Notes: a model not told the origin generated them from the letters alone. DNA of 64,000 bases from Bacteroidales bacterium (GCA_041686485.1 JAWLDT010000001.1:5554-69553); one strand, 5' to 3'. Positions 46,781 to 57,254 are shown, counted from the first letter of the stretch. Made by a program: numbers and translations.

Positions 46781-48346
46781 ATGGAGAATACGACGAAGAA
46801 GAATAAGGTTAACCGCATGCTTGGGGCCATTGAGCATGTTGGTAACAAGCTTCCCCATCCGGCTGCGCTATTTGCATTGTTTGCCGTGGCCATTATTTTT
46901 ATCAGCGGTATTGCATCGCTGTTCAATGTGACAGCGATGCATCCCGGTACAGGAGAGGAGGTCGAAACCTTTAGTCTTCTGAGCCGCGAGGGATTGCATA
47001 TGATCATGACCAACATGGTGGTGAATTTCACTTCCTTTGCACCCCTGGGAACGGTGCTGGTGGCTTTGCTTGGTATCGGTGTGGCTGAATCGAGTGGCCT
47101 GATGTCAACCGGTCTCAGGTTGCTGGTGCTATCTGCCCCTAAAAAGCTGCTTACTTTTGCCATCGTGTTTGCCGGTATCCTGTCAAATACCGCCAGCGAA
47201 GTGGGGTATGTGGTTCTTGTACCGTTGGGAGGCATGATCTTTCTGGCTGTTGGCAGGCACCCGATCGCCGGTATTGCCGCTGCATTCGCCGGTGTATCCG
47301 GCGGGTATTCAGCCAATCTCCTGCTGGGCACCATCGATCCCCTGCTTGCAGGCCTCTCTGAAGAAGCTGCTCGTATCATTGAGCCTCTTTATACGGTCAA
47401 CCCAACGGCCAACTACTACTTTATGTTTGTATCGACCTTTTTTATCGCCTACATCGGTACCTGGGTCACCGAGAAGGTGGTTGTCCCGCGTCTGGGCGAG
47501 TATAAAGGAGATGCCCAACCCGAAGAGATCAAACAGCTGTCCCCGGACGAGCGAAAAGGGTTACGGGCTACGTTCTGGGCATTGATCGCCGTCGCCTTGC
47601 TGCTGCTCTGGAGTGCCGTGCCCATAGAGGGAGGTGTCTGGTCTTATGTGCCCGGCTCCGGTTTTATGCGCGACCCTGAAACCGGGGATTTGCTGCGGTC
47701 ACCATTCATGAGTGGTATTGTGGCCATCATTTTTATGGTGGCTGCCATATTGGGTATTGTCTATGGTATTGCCGCCAAAACCCTTGAAAGCAATTATGAT
47801 GTGATCAAAGGCATGGGAAAGTCCATGTCGACATTGGGTACTTATATCGTCCTCGTGTTTTTTGCCGCGCAGTTTGTGGCCTATTTTAACTGGACCAATC
47901 TCGGACTGATATTTGCCATTCAGGGAGCGAATTTCATAGGGACGCTCGGACTGGGAAGGATCCCATTGATGATAGCCCTGGTTCTGGTATCCGCCTTTAT
48001 TAACCTGGTTGTTGGAAGCGCCAGCGCCAAATGGGCCATCATGGCCCCCGTGTTTATCCCCATGTTTATGCTACTGGGATACTCCCCGGAATTTACACAG
48101 CTGGCATACCGTGTCGGGGACAGTGTGACCAATGTTATTGCTCCAATGATGTCGTACTTTGCCATGATTGTTGCATTCATGGAACGTTATGACAAGAAAG
48201 CCGGTATAGGAACCATCATTGCCACCATGTTGCCATATACCGTGATTTTCCTGGGGGCCTGGCTGGTTATGCTCATTTTATGGATCCTGATCGGTCTGCC
48301 CATTGGCCCGGGCTCGCCGTTGTTTTATGAGTTAGGTGCTTCCTGA
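46781..48346 (+). CDS. AbgT-family (p-aminobenzoyl-glutamate type) transporter
   Basis: 521 aa. N-terminus [24 protein letters not shown] and overall TM layout match AbgT/MtrF-type transporters. Confidence 0.85.
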   Translation: MENTTKKNKVNRMLGAIEHVGNKLPHPAALFALFAVAIIFISGIASLFNVTAMHPGTGEEVETFSLLSREGLHMIMTNMVVNFTSFAPLGTVLVALLGIGVAESSGLMSTGLRLLVLSAPKKLLTFAIVFAGILSNTASEVGYVVLVPLGGMIFLAVGRHPIAGIAAAFAGVSGGYSANLLLGTIDPLLAGLSEEAARIIEPLYTVNPTANYYFMFVSTFFIAYIGTWVTEKVVVPRLGEYKGDAQPEEIKQLSPDERKGLRATFWALIAVALLLLWSAVPIEGGVWSYVPGSGFMRDPETGDLLRSPFMSGIVAIIFMVAAILGIVYGIAAKTLESNYDVIKGMGKSMSTLGTYIVLVFFAAQFVAYFNWTNLGLIFAIQGANFIGTLGLGRIPLMIALVLVSAFINLVVGSASAKWAIMAPVFIPMFMLLGYSPEFTQLAYRVGDSVTNVIAPMMSYFAMIVAFMERYDKKAGIGTIIATMLPYTVIFLGAWLVMLILWILIGLPIGPGSPLFYELGAS

Positions 48347-48576
48347 GGTATTTAACATCTTAACATGAGCGTTGCTGCTGTTCCAAAAGTTTTTTTGGGG
48401 CTTTCTCCTCTTCATCATGATGTTATGATGACAAATCTGGACCATAATGGTGATTTATTTTGTTATATTTTGATATACAGGCTGTTGACTGATACAAACT
48501 AAACTTTTTGGTCAGTAAAATTGTTGTATATTGTAAGATATTATTGTCAAAACATATAACCTAACCTGGTCTGATA

Positions 48577-49494
48577 ATGGAATCCCTGCAACGTAATACG
48601 ATCCTGGTGCCGGTAGATTTTTCGGATGTGGCGGAATACGCCATCGACCATGCAGCCGCCATTGCCCGGGGTTTTGGTTACAGGGTTTTTCTGCTACACG
48701 TGACCACCAAAAGAAGCACTACCAAAAAGAAGCAGGAGGAAGCTGATGCCCGTTTGATGGGTATCTCCTCACAAATGGCTGAAAATATGGGGTTGAAAGT
48801 AACCTATCAGATAAAGACTGGTAATGTTTTTAAGGTTATTAATGAGATGGCTGACCGGCTGCGACCCGCTTTTATCGTGATGGGTGTTCACGGCAGAAAA
48901 GGTGTGGAAAACCTGATAGGCAGCTATTCTTATTCTGTCATCTGTAAAGCAAATGTTCCCGTGTTAGTCGTTAAGGATAAACACCATCATGTCGGATTTA
49001 AAAATATTGTGATTCCGATTGATTTTTCTAAACGTAGTACCCAGAAGGTTTCCCAGGCTGTAAAATTCTCCCGTTTTTTTGGTGCCCGAATCCGGGTTTT
49101 TGGCTTTTTGTCATCTGACAACAAGGCAAAGATTATTAACAAAGAGGCGTTACTTAAAAGTGTGACAACTTATTTTGAAGAACAAGAAGTACCGGTAACT
49201 ACGGATCTGAGAATAAAACCCGGCATGGACTGGCCTGAAGCCCTGCTTGGTTTTGCTGAAGATAAAGAAGCAGACCTGATTATGATTGTGGCTGAGCGGG
49301 GTGGGGGTATTCAGGATATTTTTTCCCAAAATTATACAGAACGTATCCTTGATAAAGCGACAATGCCGGTATTAACCATTATGCCATGTGCTGAAGAACT
49401 TGCCCCTGAATCGGCATTCGTTCAGGATGGCGTTGTTACACCTTTTGTTGATCCTTTTGGCTTGTATAGAGGTACGTCAAAATCTGACACATGA
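48577..49494 (+). CDS. Universal stress protein, tandem Usp domains
   Basis: 305 aa made of two Usp-like halves (ILVPVDFS..., VIPIDFS...; VMGVHGRKG). Confidence 0.8.
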   Translation: MESLQRNTILVPVDFSDVAEYAIDHAAAIARGFGYRVFLLHVTTKRSTTKKKQEEADARLMGISSQMAENMGLKVTYQIKTGNVFKVINEMADRLRPAFIVMGVHGRKGVENLIGSYSYSVICKANVPVLVVKDKHHHVGFKNIVIPIDFSKRSTQKVSQAVKFSRFFGARIRVFGFLSSDNKAKIINKEALLKSVTTYFEEQEVPVTTDLRIKPGMDWPEALLGFAEDKEADLIMIVAERGGGIQDIFSQNYTERILDKATMPVLTIMPCAEELAPESAFVQDGVVTPFVDPFGLYRGTSKSDT

Positions 49495-49526
49495 TTATTA
49501 TATGCTTTTACATGATTATTATATGC
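49490..49526. repeat. Direct repeat 2 x CATGATTATTATATGC, 21-bp period
   Basis: The copies are at 49490..49505 and 49511..49526. The first overlaps the usp stop codon and the second ends 10 nt before the proline dehydrogenase ATG. Confidence 0.85.
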
Positions 49527-49536
49527 ATTTAGATGT

Positions 49537-50700
49537 ATGATAAATTTTGACAATACGGAAGTCGCTTTTAATGATAAAGATGCCAGGCATTTAAAAAGAG
49601 CCTGTTTTCTGTTCAGAATGGTGGGCAGTCCCATATTGGTTAAAGGAGGATCGGCATTACTGCAACTTGCTTTATGGTTGCATCTGCCGGTTGAATGGGC
49701 GCTGAAACCCACCGTTTTTGCTCATTTCTGCGGCGGTGAGACGATTGATGAGTGTGATAGTACGATCGGGCAATTGGGTGCGTCCGGTATCTATACCATC
49801 CTGGATTATTCGGCAGAGGGCAAAGAGAGGGAAGCTGATTTCGATCATACCAAAAACCAGATCCTTGCCACCATAGATAAAGCTGTTCAGGAAAAACACA
49901 TGCCTTTTGCGGTATTTAAACCAACCGGTTTGTCACGGTTTGCTTTGCTTGAGGAGGTACAGGCCGGTCAGGCATTATCTTATGAGGAGCAAGCAGAATT
50001 TGACAGGGTGAAGACACGTTTTGAAGAAATAGCTGCCTATGCTGTTAAAAAGGACGTGCCGGTGATGGTTGATGCTGAAGAAACGCAGATTCAGGACCTC
50101 GTAGATATGCTGGTTGAAGATCTGATGTTCAAATACAATCAAAACAAACCATATATATATAATACCTTACAGATGTATCGCCAGGACAGGCTGGAATACC
50201 TGAAGGATTTCGTGGCTCGTGCCCGCAACAAAGGTGTTTTTGCAGCCTTTAAGCTCGTCCGGGGTGCCTACATGGAAAAAGAAAGGGCGCACGCCGCCAG
50301 AAACAACCTGCCTTCCCCCATATATCCGGATAAAGCCTCTACGGATAACGCCTTTGATGAAGCCGTCACCTATTGCCTCAACAACGTCGATGACCTTGCC
50401 GTAAATATCGGTACACATAATGAAATCAGTTGTGCCAGGGCTGCAGATACCATGCGAAGCCTTTCTCTGCCTGCTGCGCACAAACATATATCATTCGCCC
50501 AGCTCCTGGGAATGAGTGATCATATTTCCTATAACCTGGCTGAAGCCGGCTATAATGTTTGTAAATACGTTCCTTACGGACCGGTGAAATCCGTATTGCC
50601 TTACCTGATCCGCCGCGCAGAAGAAAATACTTCCGTGTCCGGCCAGACTTCCCGGGAACTTTTCCTGATCAAAAAAGAGATCGCCCGGCGTAAATCCTGA
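49537..50700 (+). CDS. Proline dehydrogenase
   Basis: 387 aa, monofunctional PutA-like TIM barrel, with C-terminal motif PYLIRRAEENTS. Confidence 0.88.
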   Translation: MINFDNTEVAFNDKDARHLKRACFLFRMVGSPILVKGGSALLQLALWLHLPVEWALKPTVFAHFCGGETIDECDSTIGQLGASGIYTILDYSAEGKEREADFDHTKNQILATIDKAVQEKHMPFAVFKPTGLSRFALLEEVQAGQALSYEEQAEFDRVKTRFEEIAAYAVKKDVPVMVDAEETQIQDLVDMLVEDLMFKYNQNKPYIYNTLQMYRQDRLEYLKDFVARARNKGVFAAFKLVRGAYMEKERAHAARNNLPSPIYPDKASTDNAFDEAVTYCLNNVDDLAVNIGTHNEISCARAADTMRSLSLPAAHKHISFAQLLGMSDHISYNLAEAGYNVCKYVPYGPVKSVLPYLIRRAEENTSVSGQTSRELFLIKKEIARRKS

Positions 50701-50713
50701 TCTCCCGGCCGGG

Positions 50714-51550
50714 TTACTTTCTCCCTTTTTGCTGCTGCCTTTGCCTGACCGCCTCAAAAGCCAGTATGGCGACCGACGCCGATACGTTCAGCGAGTCTAT
50801 ATGTCCCGCCATGGGTATCCGGATGACTTTATCGGACGCTTCCCGCCAAACCGCCGACAACCCTTTGTCTTCGGCACCAAAAGCCAGCGCGGTGGCTCCT
50901 CTGAAGTCTGCTTCATAATAATTTTGCTCAGTCTGCAATGCTGCAGTATAAATCGTGGGCCGCTGACAGGGCTGCCAATTGTCTGCCCGGGTGAGCCACG
51001 TTATGGCCGTTTCACTGCTGCATGCAGCTACCGGTAAGGTGAATACGCAACCCAGACTCGCCCGGATGGTGTTCGGATTGTATATACCGGCCTTTTCATC
51101 GGCCAGAATAAGCCCGTCAACACCGGCACCATCGGCCGTACGTAAAATTGCGCCCAGGTTTCCGGGCTTTTCAACGCCCTCCAGTATTATTAGCAGGGGG
51201 TCAGGCGGTAATATCAACGAAGAAAGGGAATGATCCCGTTGTTCGCCAACAAGCAAAACCCCTTCGACGTCCTTTCGATAGGCTAACTTGTTGTATACAG
51301 CGCGACTGATCATTGTAGGGTCTGTTTGATCACTTAATAGAGCATCTATGGGATAAGAAGGGTCTTCCTGATAAATATCCTGACAAATCAGCAAGTTGTG
51401 CGGTTTAATCCGGCCGGACAACGCCAGGGAGACCTCCCGCCGCCCTTCCGCAATAAACAGACCTGTTTTTGCCCGTTCAGAAGCCTTCTGTTGTAAACGG
51501 ACCAGCTGTTTGATCAAAGGGTTCTGCAGGCTGACAATCTGCTCTTTCAT
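50714..51550 (-). CDS. TrmH/SpoU-family RNA 2'-O-methyltransferase
   Basis: 278 aa with SpoU motifs NLGAILRTA and IPMAGHIDSLNVSASVAILAFE. Confidence 0.85.
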   Translation of the reverse strand: MKEQIVSLQNPLIKQLVRLQQKASERAKTGLFIAEGRREVSLALSGRIKPHNLLICQDIYQEDPSYPIDALLSDQTDPTMISRAVYNKLAYRKDVEGVLLVGEQRDHSLSSLILPPDPLLIILEGVEKPGNLGAILRTADGAGVDGLILADEKAGIYNPNTIRASLGCVFTLPVAACSSETAITWLTRADNWQPCQRPTIYTAALQTEQNYYEADFRGATALAFGAEDKGLSAVWREASDKVIRIPMAGHIDSLNVSASVAILAFEAVRQRQQQKGRK

Positions 51551-51590
51551 GCTGTTTATTGATGTTTTTGTTTGTTACTGTATTTTTTTT

Positions 51591-51758
51591 AAGCTTCCTC
51601 GTCTCCTCGCGTCTTTTCTTATGTCACCCCTTCGGGGTTTTGGTTGCGTTTGTATTTCCCTTTTTTTTATAATCGTTTCATCCCTTCGGGATTTCTCGCA
51701 TCTTCGTGTCTTTTCTTCCCTTCTAACTTCTACCTTCTACTTTCTACCTTCTACCTTC
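51591..51758. repeat. Pyrimidine-rich (plus strand) island with two CCCTTCGGG-type hairpins and a TTCTACC heptamer array
   Basis: The hairpins are ccccttcgggg (51627..51637) and atcccttcgggat (51680..51692). The heptamers read ttctaac ttctacc ttctact ttctacc ttctacc (51721..51755). It also contains CTCGCGTCTT and CTTCGTGT words. Confidence 0.85.
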
Positions 51759-51768
51759 ATTAACAAAG

Positions 51769-54186
51769 TCATGTGGTGCGAAAAAGCTTGCGATGCAACA
51801 AAAAGGCACTGAATGCAGCGATATAACAAATCACAGCCACGGCCATGACTACCATAAACCCCGATTCTACCGCGATGATCGTCGCCAGGGAAGTGCTTAT
51901 GACGGATATGGAGCCGTCTATGCCATAAGCCCAGGGCGCCTGCCCGGAATCATAGGCCGACAGGTAGCGGATGCCGAACGGGAACATCATTCCCTTAAAG
52001 AAAGCGGGTACCCCTATAAGCAGCAGACTAATGACTATTTTTAAAGGAAGAGGGCTGGCGATGCTCCACTGAAGGAGTGGCGTCAGAAAAAAGGCATAGC
52101 CTGTCAGCAGGATGGCAATGATCATGCCGGTACCTGCCAGTGACCAGGGAGTTGCAGGTATCCTGTTCGTTAACAAACTACCCACACTGCTGGCTATCAG
52201 CATGGTGCTGATGACGGCAGACAGGGCGTATACCGGCTGCCCGAAATAGAGCACAAAACGCTGTATGAGGATGATCTCCACAAACATGTATCCCAGACCG
52301 AGGGCGGCAAAATAGAGCAGGGTCCCGCTTTTGCTGCGATGACTTTTACGTAACCTGAAGAGGGGCAGAAGGATGAACAGCAGCGCCAGGATGGTGCTCT
52401 GAACCAGGGTAACAAGCACGACCAGGTAGCCCAGCTCCATAAATGGGAGCTGATCCTGGCCAAAAATTTTGGATAACTGTTTTAGGTTACCCAGTTCTAT
52501 AAACTGTGAGAAGTAGGGCTTGTTGTCTGTCGCCGGGTCAATCATGAATCCATACGACTCCATAAACTCGCTGTCGCCTTCCATTACCCTGTCAACATAG
52601 GAAAAGAACGTATCATCTTCGATCTGGTTGAACTGGTCTCTTTCGTCGGACTCAATAGCCGGCAGCAGCAGGGGATCAAAAAACATTGTCTCACAAAACT
52701 CCCGGATAGTCTTGGTTTCTTTTGTGGTGATCGGACTTTTCTTTAACACATAGGTTATCGTTCCCCAGGATCGCATGGCGGCAATGTGGTTTTTCGGAGA
52801 TTCTATGCCATGGTCCCTGGCTGTTTGTACCAACGTTGCCAATAATTTCAGGTTGGTGCGTGCCGGATAATCCACCCAGGCTGATACGGTGATCATGCCG
52901 TCCGGTTTGAGGCGTTGCCACATAAGTGAAAATGATTCCAGGGTCATGGTGTAGTTTTCCTGAAGGGCTCTGATGCCGGCAGTACCCCCAAAGGCTCCCT
53001 GCTGTGGCAGGTGAATAAGGTCATAGTCTTTGGCTGCTTTGGAAGCAAGAAAGGTTCGGGGCTCCAGGGTATGGATGTCGAGGCTGTCATGAAGGAAAAG
53101 ACCACCCGATGCTTCAGCAAATTCGTTTTGCAGCATGTTCACCACTCCTTTGTTGGTTATGGTGGCATCAACGTGGGCAGGTTGGTGTGTAAACACTTGT
53201 GACAGGGGAGCTCCCTCACCTGCCTGGAGCATAAGTATCTTGTTGTGATGATCAAACTGCCAGGGCAGTGCCCGCGTGGTATAGTCCAGGATATGTGATG
53301 TCTGTCCTGATTCATATTTCGGAATCACACCATAATAATTGCCGTTCACAAACACATTCTTTTTAACAGGCACATCATCCGTGTATGAAAGGCTGAGGGC
53401 AGGAGCAAACCGCAGAGCCGGGGAGGCAGCTACTTCAATCAGTCCGTGGATGTCGGGCTGGCTGTGTACAATTTCTGCTTCCGGCAGGTTCATGGTGTTT
53501 GCCAGGTCTTTGTATTCAGATATCTCTATATCTGCCGGGGTACGAAGCATCAACAAAGCCGTTAGGATGGCGATGGTCCCCGCAGCTATTTGCAGGAGCG
53601 AATAACGCCGGCTGATACCAGCCAGCCCAGCGAGTACAGACAACAGACCCACCAGGGGCGGCACCTGTTGTGGGTAGATGTTTCCAAAAATGAACAATAC
53701 CAGCAATCCTCCGGCTCCTGAGCCAATCAGGTTGGAGAAGTAATAGGTGCCGATACGGCTTGCATGTTTGATAAACAGGATGCCGATAGCCAGGGCGCCC
53801 GTGAAAAAGGGAATGAAATAGATAATGTAATTGGCAGCCAGTATTGGAAATTGTGCCCGTTCTACAAAAAGGAGGTACACGTCAAAACGGAATAATTCAA
53901 GGCGGGTGATCTGAAAGGCGACCATCATTGATAACCCGCTGACCGTCATCAGAAAAGGAACAAACCAGTCGGCCACCCTAAGCAGCCTGTCTCTGGCAAG
54001 CGCCAGAAGCGTGCCACTGGCTCCGAAGCCCAGCATGGCAATGGAGATGATCATATAGGCAAAGTGATGCCACTGTACGATGGCAAGCAGTTGTGTTAAC
54101 GACAACTGAAATGCTATAATGGCAACAGAATGCAGACCCAGGCTGATAATCAGCCTGTTGTCCAAAGACAGAAAATTGTTTTTCAT
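51769..54186 (-). CDS. Polytopic membrane protein with a central spermidine-synthase-like (class I SAM-MTase fold) domain
   Basis: 805 aa: about 7 N-terminal TM segments, a soluble core (ILMLQAGEGAPL, DLIHLP, LKPDGM motifs) and about 6 C-terminal TM segments. Confidence 0.6.
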   Translation of the reverse strand: MKNNFLSLDNRLIISLGLHSVAIIAFQLSLTQLLAIVQWHHFAYMIISIAMLGFGASGTLLALARDRLLRVADWFVPFLMTVSGLSMMVAFQITRLELFRFDVYLLFVERAQFPILAANYIIYFIPFFTGALAIGILFIKHASRIGTYYFSNLIGSGAGGLLVLFIFGNIYPQQVPPLVGLLSVLAGLAGISRRYSLLQIAAGTIAILTALLMLRTPADIEISEYKDLANTMNLPEAEIVHSQPDIHGLIEVAASPALRFAPALSLSYTDDVPVKKNVFVNGNYYGVIPKYESGQTSHILDYTTRALPWQFDHHNKILMLQAGEGAPLSQVFTHQPAHVDATITNKGVVNMLQNEFAEASGGLFLHDSLDIHTLEPRTFLASKAAKDYDLIHLPQQGAFGGTAGIRALQENYTMTLESFSLMWQRLKPDGMITVSAWVDYPARTNLKLLATLVQTARDHGIESPKNHIAAMRSWGTITYVLKKSPITTKETKTIREFCETMFFDPLLLPAIESDERDQFNQIEDDTFFSYVDRVMEGDSEFMESYGFMIDPATDNKPYFSQFIELGNLKQLSKIFGQDQLPFMELGYLVVLVTLVQSTILALLFILLPLFRLRKSHRSKSGTLLYFAALGLGYMFVEIILIQRFVLYFGQPVYALSAVISTMLIASSVGSLLTNRIPATPWSLAGTGMIIAILLTGYAFFLTPLLQWSIASPLPLKIVISLLLIGVPAFFKGMMFPFGIRYLSAYDSGQAPWAYGIDGSISVISTSLATIIAVESGFMVVMAVAVICYIAAFSAFLLHRKLFRTT

Positions 54187-54188
54187 CG

Positions 54189-54881
54189 CTAATCTTCCCT
54201 TTCAAACGGTACAAATCGAACCGGCATCAGGCTGCGGGTGCTGATATTCCCGTCCTCATCTTTATTAACCAGCATTAACTGCTGTGTCTGGTAAGCCGAA
54301 CCCACGGGAATGATCATCTTACCACCTTTCTTTAGCTGATTGGTAAGGGGTGGCGGTATGTGATCGGCGGCTGCCGTAACCACGATGGCGTCAAAGGGAG
54401 CATGTTCTTCCCAGCCATGGTATCCATCGGCGATCTTGATATGCACATTCTCATATTCAGCGTTAAGGCGATTACGCGCATTTACGCCAAGCGCCCGGAT
54501 AATCTCTATGGTATAGACTTCGTCAATGATCTCGGCCAGAATAGCTGCCTGGTAGCCTGAACCAGTTCCTATTTCAAGGACTTTGTCATCAGGCCCGGGT
54601 TCAATAATCTGAGTCATATAGGCAACGATGTATGGCTGGGAAACTGTTTGGCCATGACCGATCGGGAGGGGCCGGTCGTTATAGGCAAACTGGCGTTGCG
54701 ATGTCGGGACATACAGATGCCGCGGTACCTGTCGCATGGCTTCGAGTGTGGCAGAATGTTGAATACCCCGGTCGCGTATCTGGTTTTTAACCATCCTCTT
54801 GCGTTCCCTTTCGAAATCGTCCGAAAAAACATTTCCAGGCAGGGAAAGGATTAATAGCAGGAAAATACTTACGGTTCTCAT
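54189..54881 (-). CDS. pcm: Protein-L-isoaspartate O-methyltransferase with an N-terminal signal peptide
   Basis: 230 aa with the SAM motif VLEIGTGSGYQAA. The N-terminus MRTVSIFLLLILSLPGNVFS looks exported. Its stop lies 2 nt from the downstream gene start. Confidence 0.88.
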   Translation of the reverse strand: MRTVSIFLLLILSLPGNVFSDDFERERKRMVKNQIRDRGIQHSATLEAMRQVPRHLYVPTSQRQFAYNDRPLPIGHGQTVSQPYIVAYMTQIIEPGPDDKVLEIGTGSGYQAAILAEIIDEVYTIEIIRALGVNARNRLNAEYENVHIKIADGYHGWEEHAPFDAIVVTAAADHIPPPLTNQLKKGGKMIIPVGSAYQTQQLMLVNKDEDGNISTRSLMPVRFVPFERED

Positions 54882-55045
54882 AAGCTATGTGGTTACTGTG
54901 CGTAAAAAATGATGCCAGGGCCCCAAATGCTCCTTGCTTATCTCAATAACAAATATAATGAATCTAATGCCTTTTCTAAAGTTTTGTTTCAATAATCGGA
55001 TTTGAATTTTATTGGTCAATGAAGCGCATTGTAACGATAAGAAAC

Positions 55046-56134
55046 CTATTGTAAATGAAGCAGAAAACGCATGGTATCAACCCCGTCTGCATAATCCCAT
55101 ACCTCTGGTTGCTGGCTTTTGCCCGGAGGCACTATTGAAAAATTGTCTGACCTGAAACCACCGCCGGCCACTACACATTGTAATCTTTCCTGATTATTGA
55201 CAACGAATTGCGCTGCCTCTGACAAGTCCCGGTAATAAGAACAGTGTATTACCGATACCGGTGAAGCGATCTGACTGCTTTGGACTATCAGGCAATGACC
55301 TGCATCCGTAAAAGAGGTGCCTTCTGCCATATAGGTTGCCCTGCAATAGTTGAGGTTATGTAGATATTTTTCATTGTCCCGCACATAACCAAAAGGCTGC
55401 CAGGCATTGATCAATTCCGAAAAATCATATCCTCCGGGTACAAGAATATGAGATACATTACGGCAACCCAGGCCATAATAAGCAAAAACATCTTCTCCCA
55501 GCTTTTGTAGTTCCTCTTTCGATTCTTTACCTGTAATGATGGCCATTGCGTTACGATTTTTCCGGATTATATGCGGAATATTGCCATAGTGGTATGTAAA
55601 GTAACGTGCTGCATTGTCGCTGCCGGTGGCAATAACAGCTTCAATGGCCGACAAAGGATCACGAATAAAGCTGATCTGTTGTTGCAGTTTCGGTTCAATG
55701 GTGGTTAGCAGCCTGGCTAAAGCTACCGGCAGGGTGTCATCCTGGCTGGATAACTTTCCGTAAAAAAGATGGCCGGAGATCAGTACGCATAGAAGGTCAT
55801 GAAACCCCACCAACGGGATATTGCCTGCCATGATTACCATAATTGTTTTTTGACCGGAAGGAGAATTGGCGATTTTCGGGTAGCGCGCAATCCATTGGTT
55901 CAGTTTTTCGGACTGCAGCATATGACTCAATCCGATGAGCGCCCTGCCTGTTTCGCGGGAGGTGAACCAGGGATTAATAGACCGGCTGTGCAGGGCTTCG
56001 CGGTATAACGTCATGGCTGCAGGCAAGTCGGTGGCTGGCTTGGTTCCGTGAAATAATGCCTTGCCGGTCCTGCCCAGCTCTTCACCCAGAGCAGAAAATG
56101 CCTGAATTCGTCGACGTACATCAGGTAGCTGCAT
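55046..56134 (-). CDS. Acyl-CoA reductase (LuxC)-like protein
   Basis: 362 aa. The assignment rests on my recollection of similarly sized Bacteroidota LuxC-like proteins; no catalytic motif was checked. Confidence 0.45.
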   Translation of the reverse strand: MQLPDVRRRIQAFSALGEELGRTGKALFHGTKPATDLPAAMTLYREALHSRSINPWFTSRETGRALIGLSHMLQSEKLNQWIARYPKIANSPSGQKTIMVIMAGNIPLVGFHDLLCVLISGHLFYGKLSSQDDTLPVALARLLTTIEPKLQQQISFIRDPLSAIEAVIATGSDNAARYFTYHYGNIPHIIRKNRNAMAIITGKESKEELQKLGEDVFAYYGLGCRNVSHILVPGGYDFSELINAWQPFGYVRDNEKYLHNLNYCRATYMAEGTSFTDAGHCLIVQSSQIASPVSVIHCSYYRDLSEAAQFVVNNQERLQCVVAGGGFRSDNFSIVPPGKSQQPEVWDYADGVDTMRFLLHLQ

Positions 56135-56267
56135 AAACTGTATTTGCGTTGATCCGTAAAATCAAATATCTTTGTGTCAACTCTTCTGTCAGGTAAAGAT
56201 ACATGATATACCGGATCATTTTGCAATGATCTTATGATGACAGCGATTAAAAGATAAATACACCGGT

Positions 56268-57155
56268 ATGAAAATCCTGACCTTTTTTGCGGTTTTAAGC
56301 CTGTTTGTTATAACAAACACATATGCTGCCAATTCAGATTCCCTGTTTTTTCGTCAGGCAGAGGATTCCCTTGTGGTGCTGGCCAATAGCATTGTTGAAC
56401 CTGACAGTGATCAACAGCGTCGTGAAAACAATGACCGTTTTAAGGGCTATTTTGAAGAAATACTCGGTCAGGCAGGTGCGTTTAACCATCCGTTCGATTC
56501 TTTGAATACGGTATCTATGCTCTATGCACCAGACCGGCAATTTCGTATTATAACATGGTATGTTCCCCTCTCTGGTGAGCAGTTCGAGTATGTCGGATAT
56601 ATTCAACGTAACCCGGAAGCAGCCGGGCAGGGGCATGCAATTGTGGCTTTAACCGATGCCACAGAAGAAATAAATGGGCAATCATGCGCGGAAGGGCATG
56701 CAGATAAATGGTATGGTGCCTTTTATTATGATTTGATTGCCAATTCTATAGGTGATGAGGTGTTTTATACCCTGCTTGGCTGGAAAGGGGACAATCCGCA
56801 AACCAGGAAACGGGTCATTGAACCCCTGACCTTCAGTAATGATAAGCCTCGTTTTGGCAAGCCCGTGTTCGGAGAACCTTATACGGATGCCTGCCGGATC
56901 ATTTTTCGATATTCTGCCCGGGCATCCATGAGTTTGTTGTACAAAGAGGACTTTTACCAGACAGCCGATGGTATATACGACATGATCGTGTTCGACCGGC
57001 TGGTGCCCCGTCATGAGAGCCTGGAAGGCCATTACCAGTTTTATGTTCCGGAGGTAAATATTTTTGACGGACTCTTTTTTAATGGGAAAAAGTGGGTTTC
57101 TGTAAAAGATGTGGATGCCCGTATGCCTGATCCTGAAAGGGATGACCAAAAATAA
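56268..57155 (+). CDS. Secreted hypothetical protein
   Basis: 295 aa with a signal peptide MKILTFFAVLSLFVITNTYA. No domain recognised. Confidence 0.6.
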   Translation: MKILTFFAVLSLFVITNTYAANSDSLFFRQAEDSLVVLANSIVEPDSDQQRRENNDRFKGYFEEILGQAGAFNHPFDSLNTVSMLYAPDRQFRIITWYVPLSGEQFEYVGYIQRNPEAAGQGHAIVALTDATEEINGQSCAEGHADKWYGAFYYDLIANSIGDEVFYTLLGWKGDNPQTRKRVIEPLTFSNDKPRFGKPVFGEPYTDACRIIFRYSARASMSLLYKEDFYQTADGIYDMIVFDRLVPRHESLEGHYQFYVPEVNIFDGLFFNGKKWVSVKDVDARMPDPERDDQK

Positions 57156-57254
57156 TTTTTGGCGTTTTCTTTTGCCAATTGTTTTATTTTGCCAATTTTG
57201 CAGAAGAACTTATACTATAATTGTCCATTTTTATTCACCCTAACCCCAATAGCG

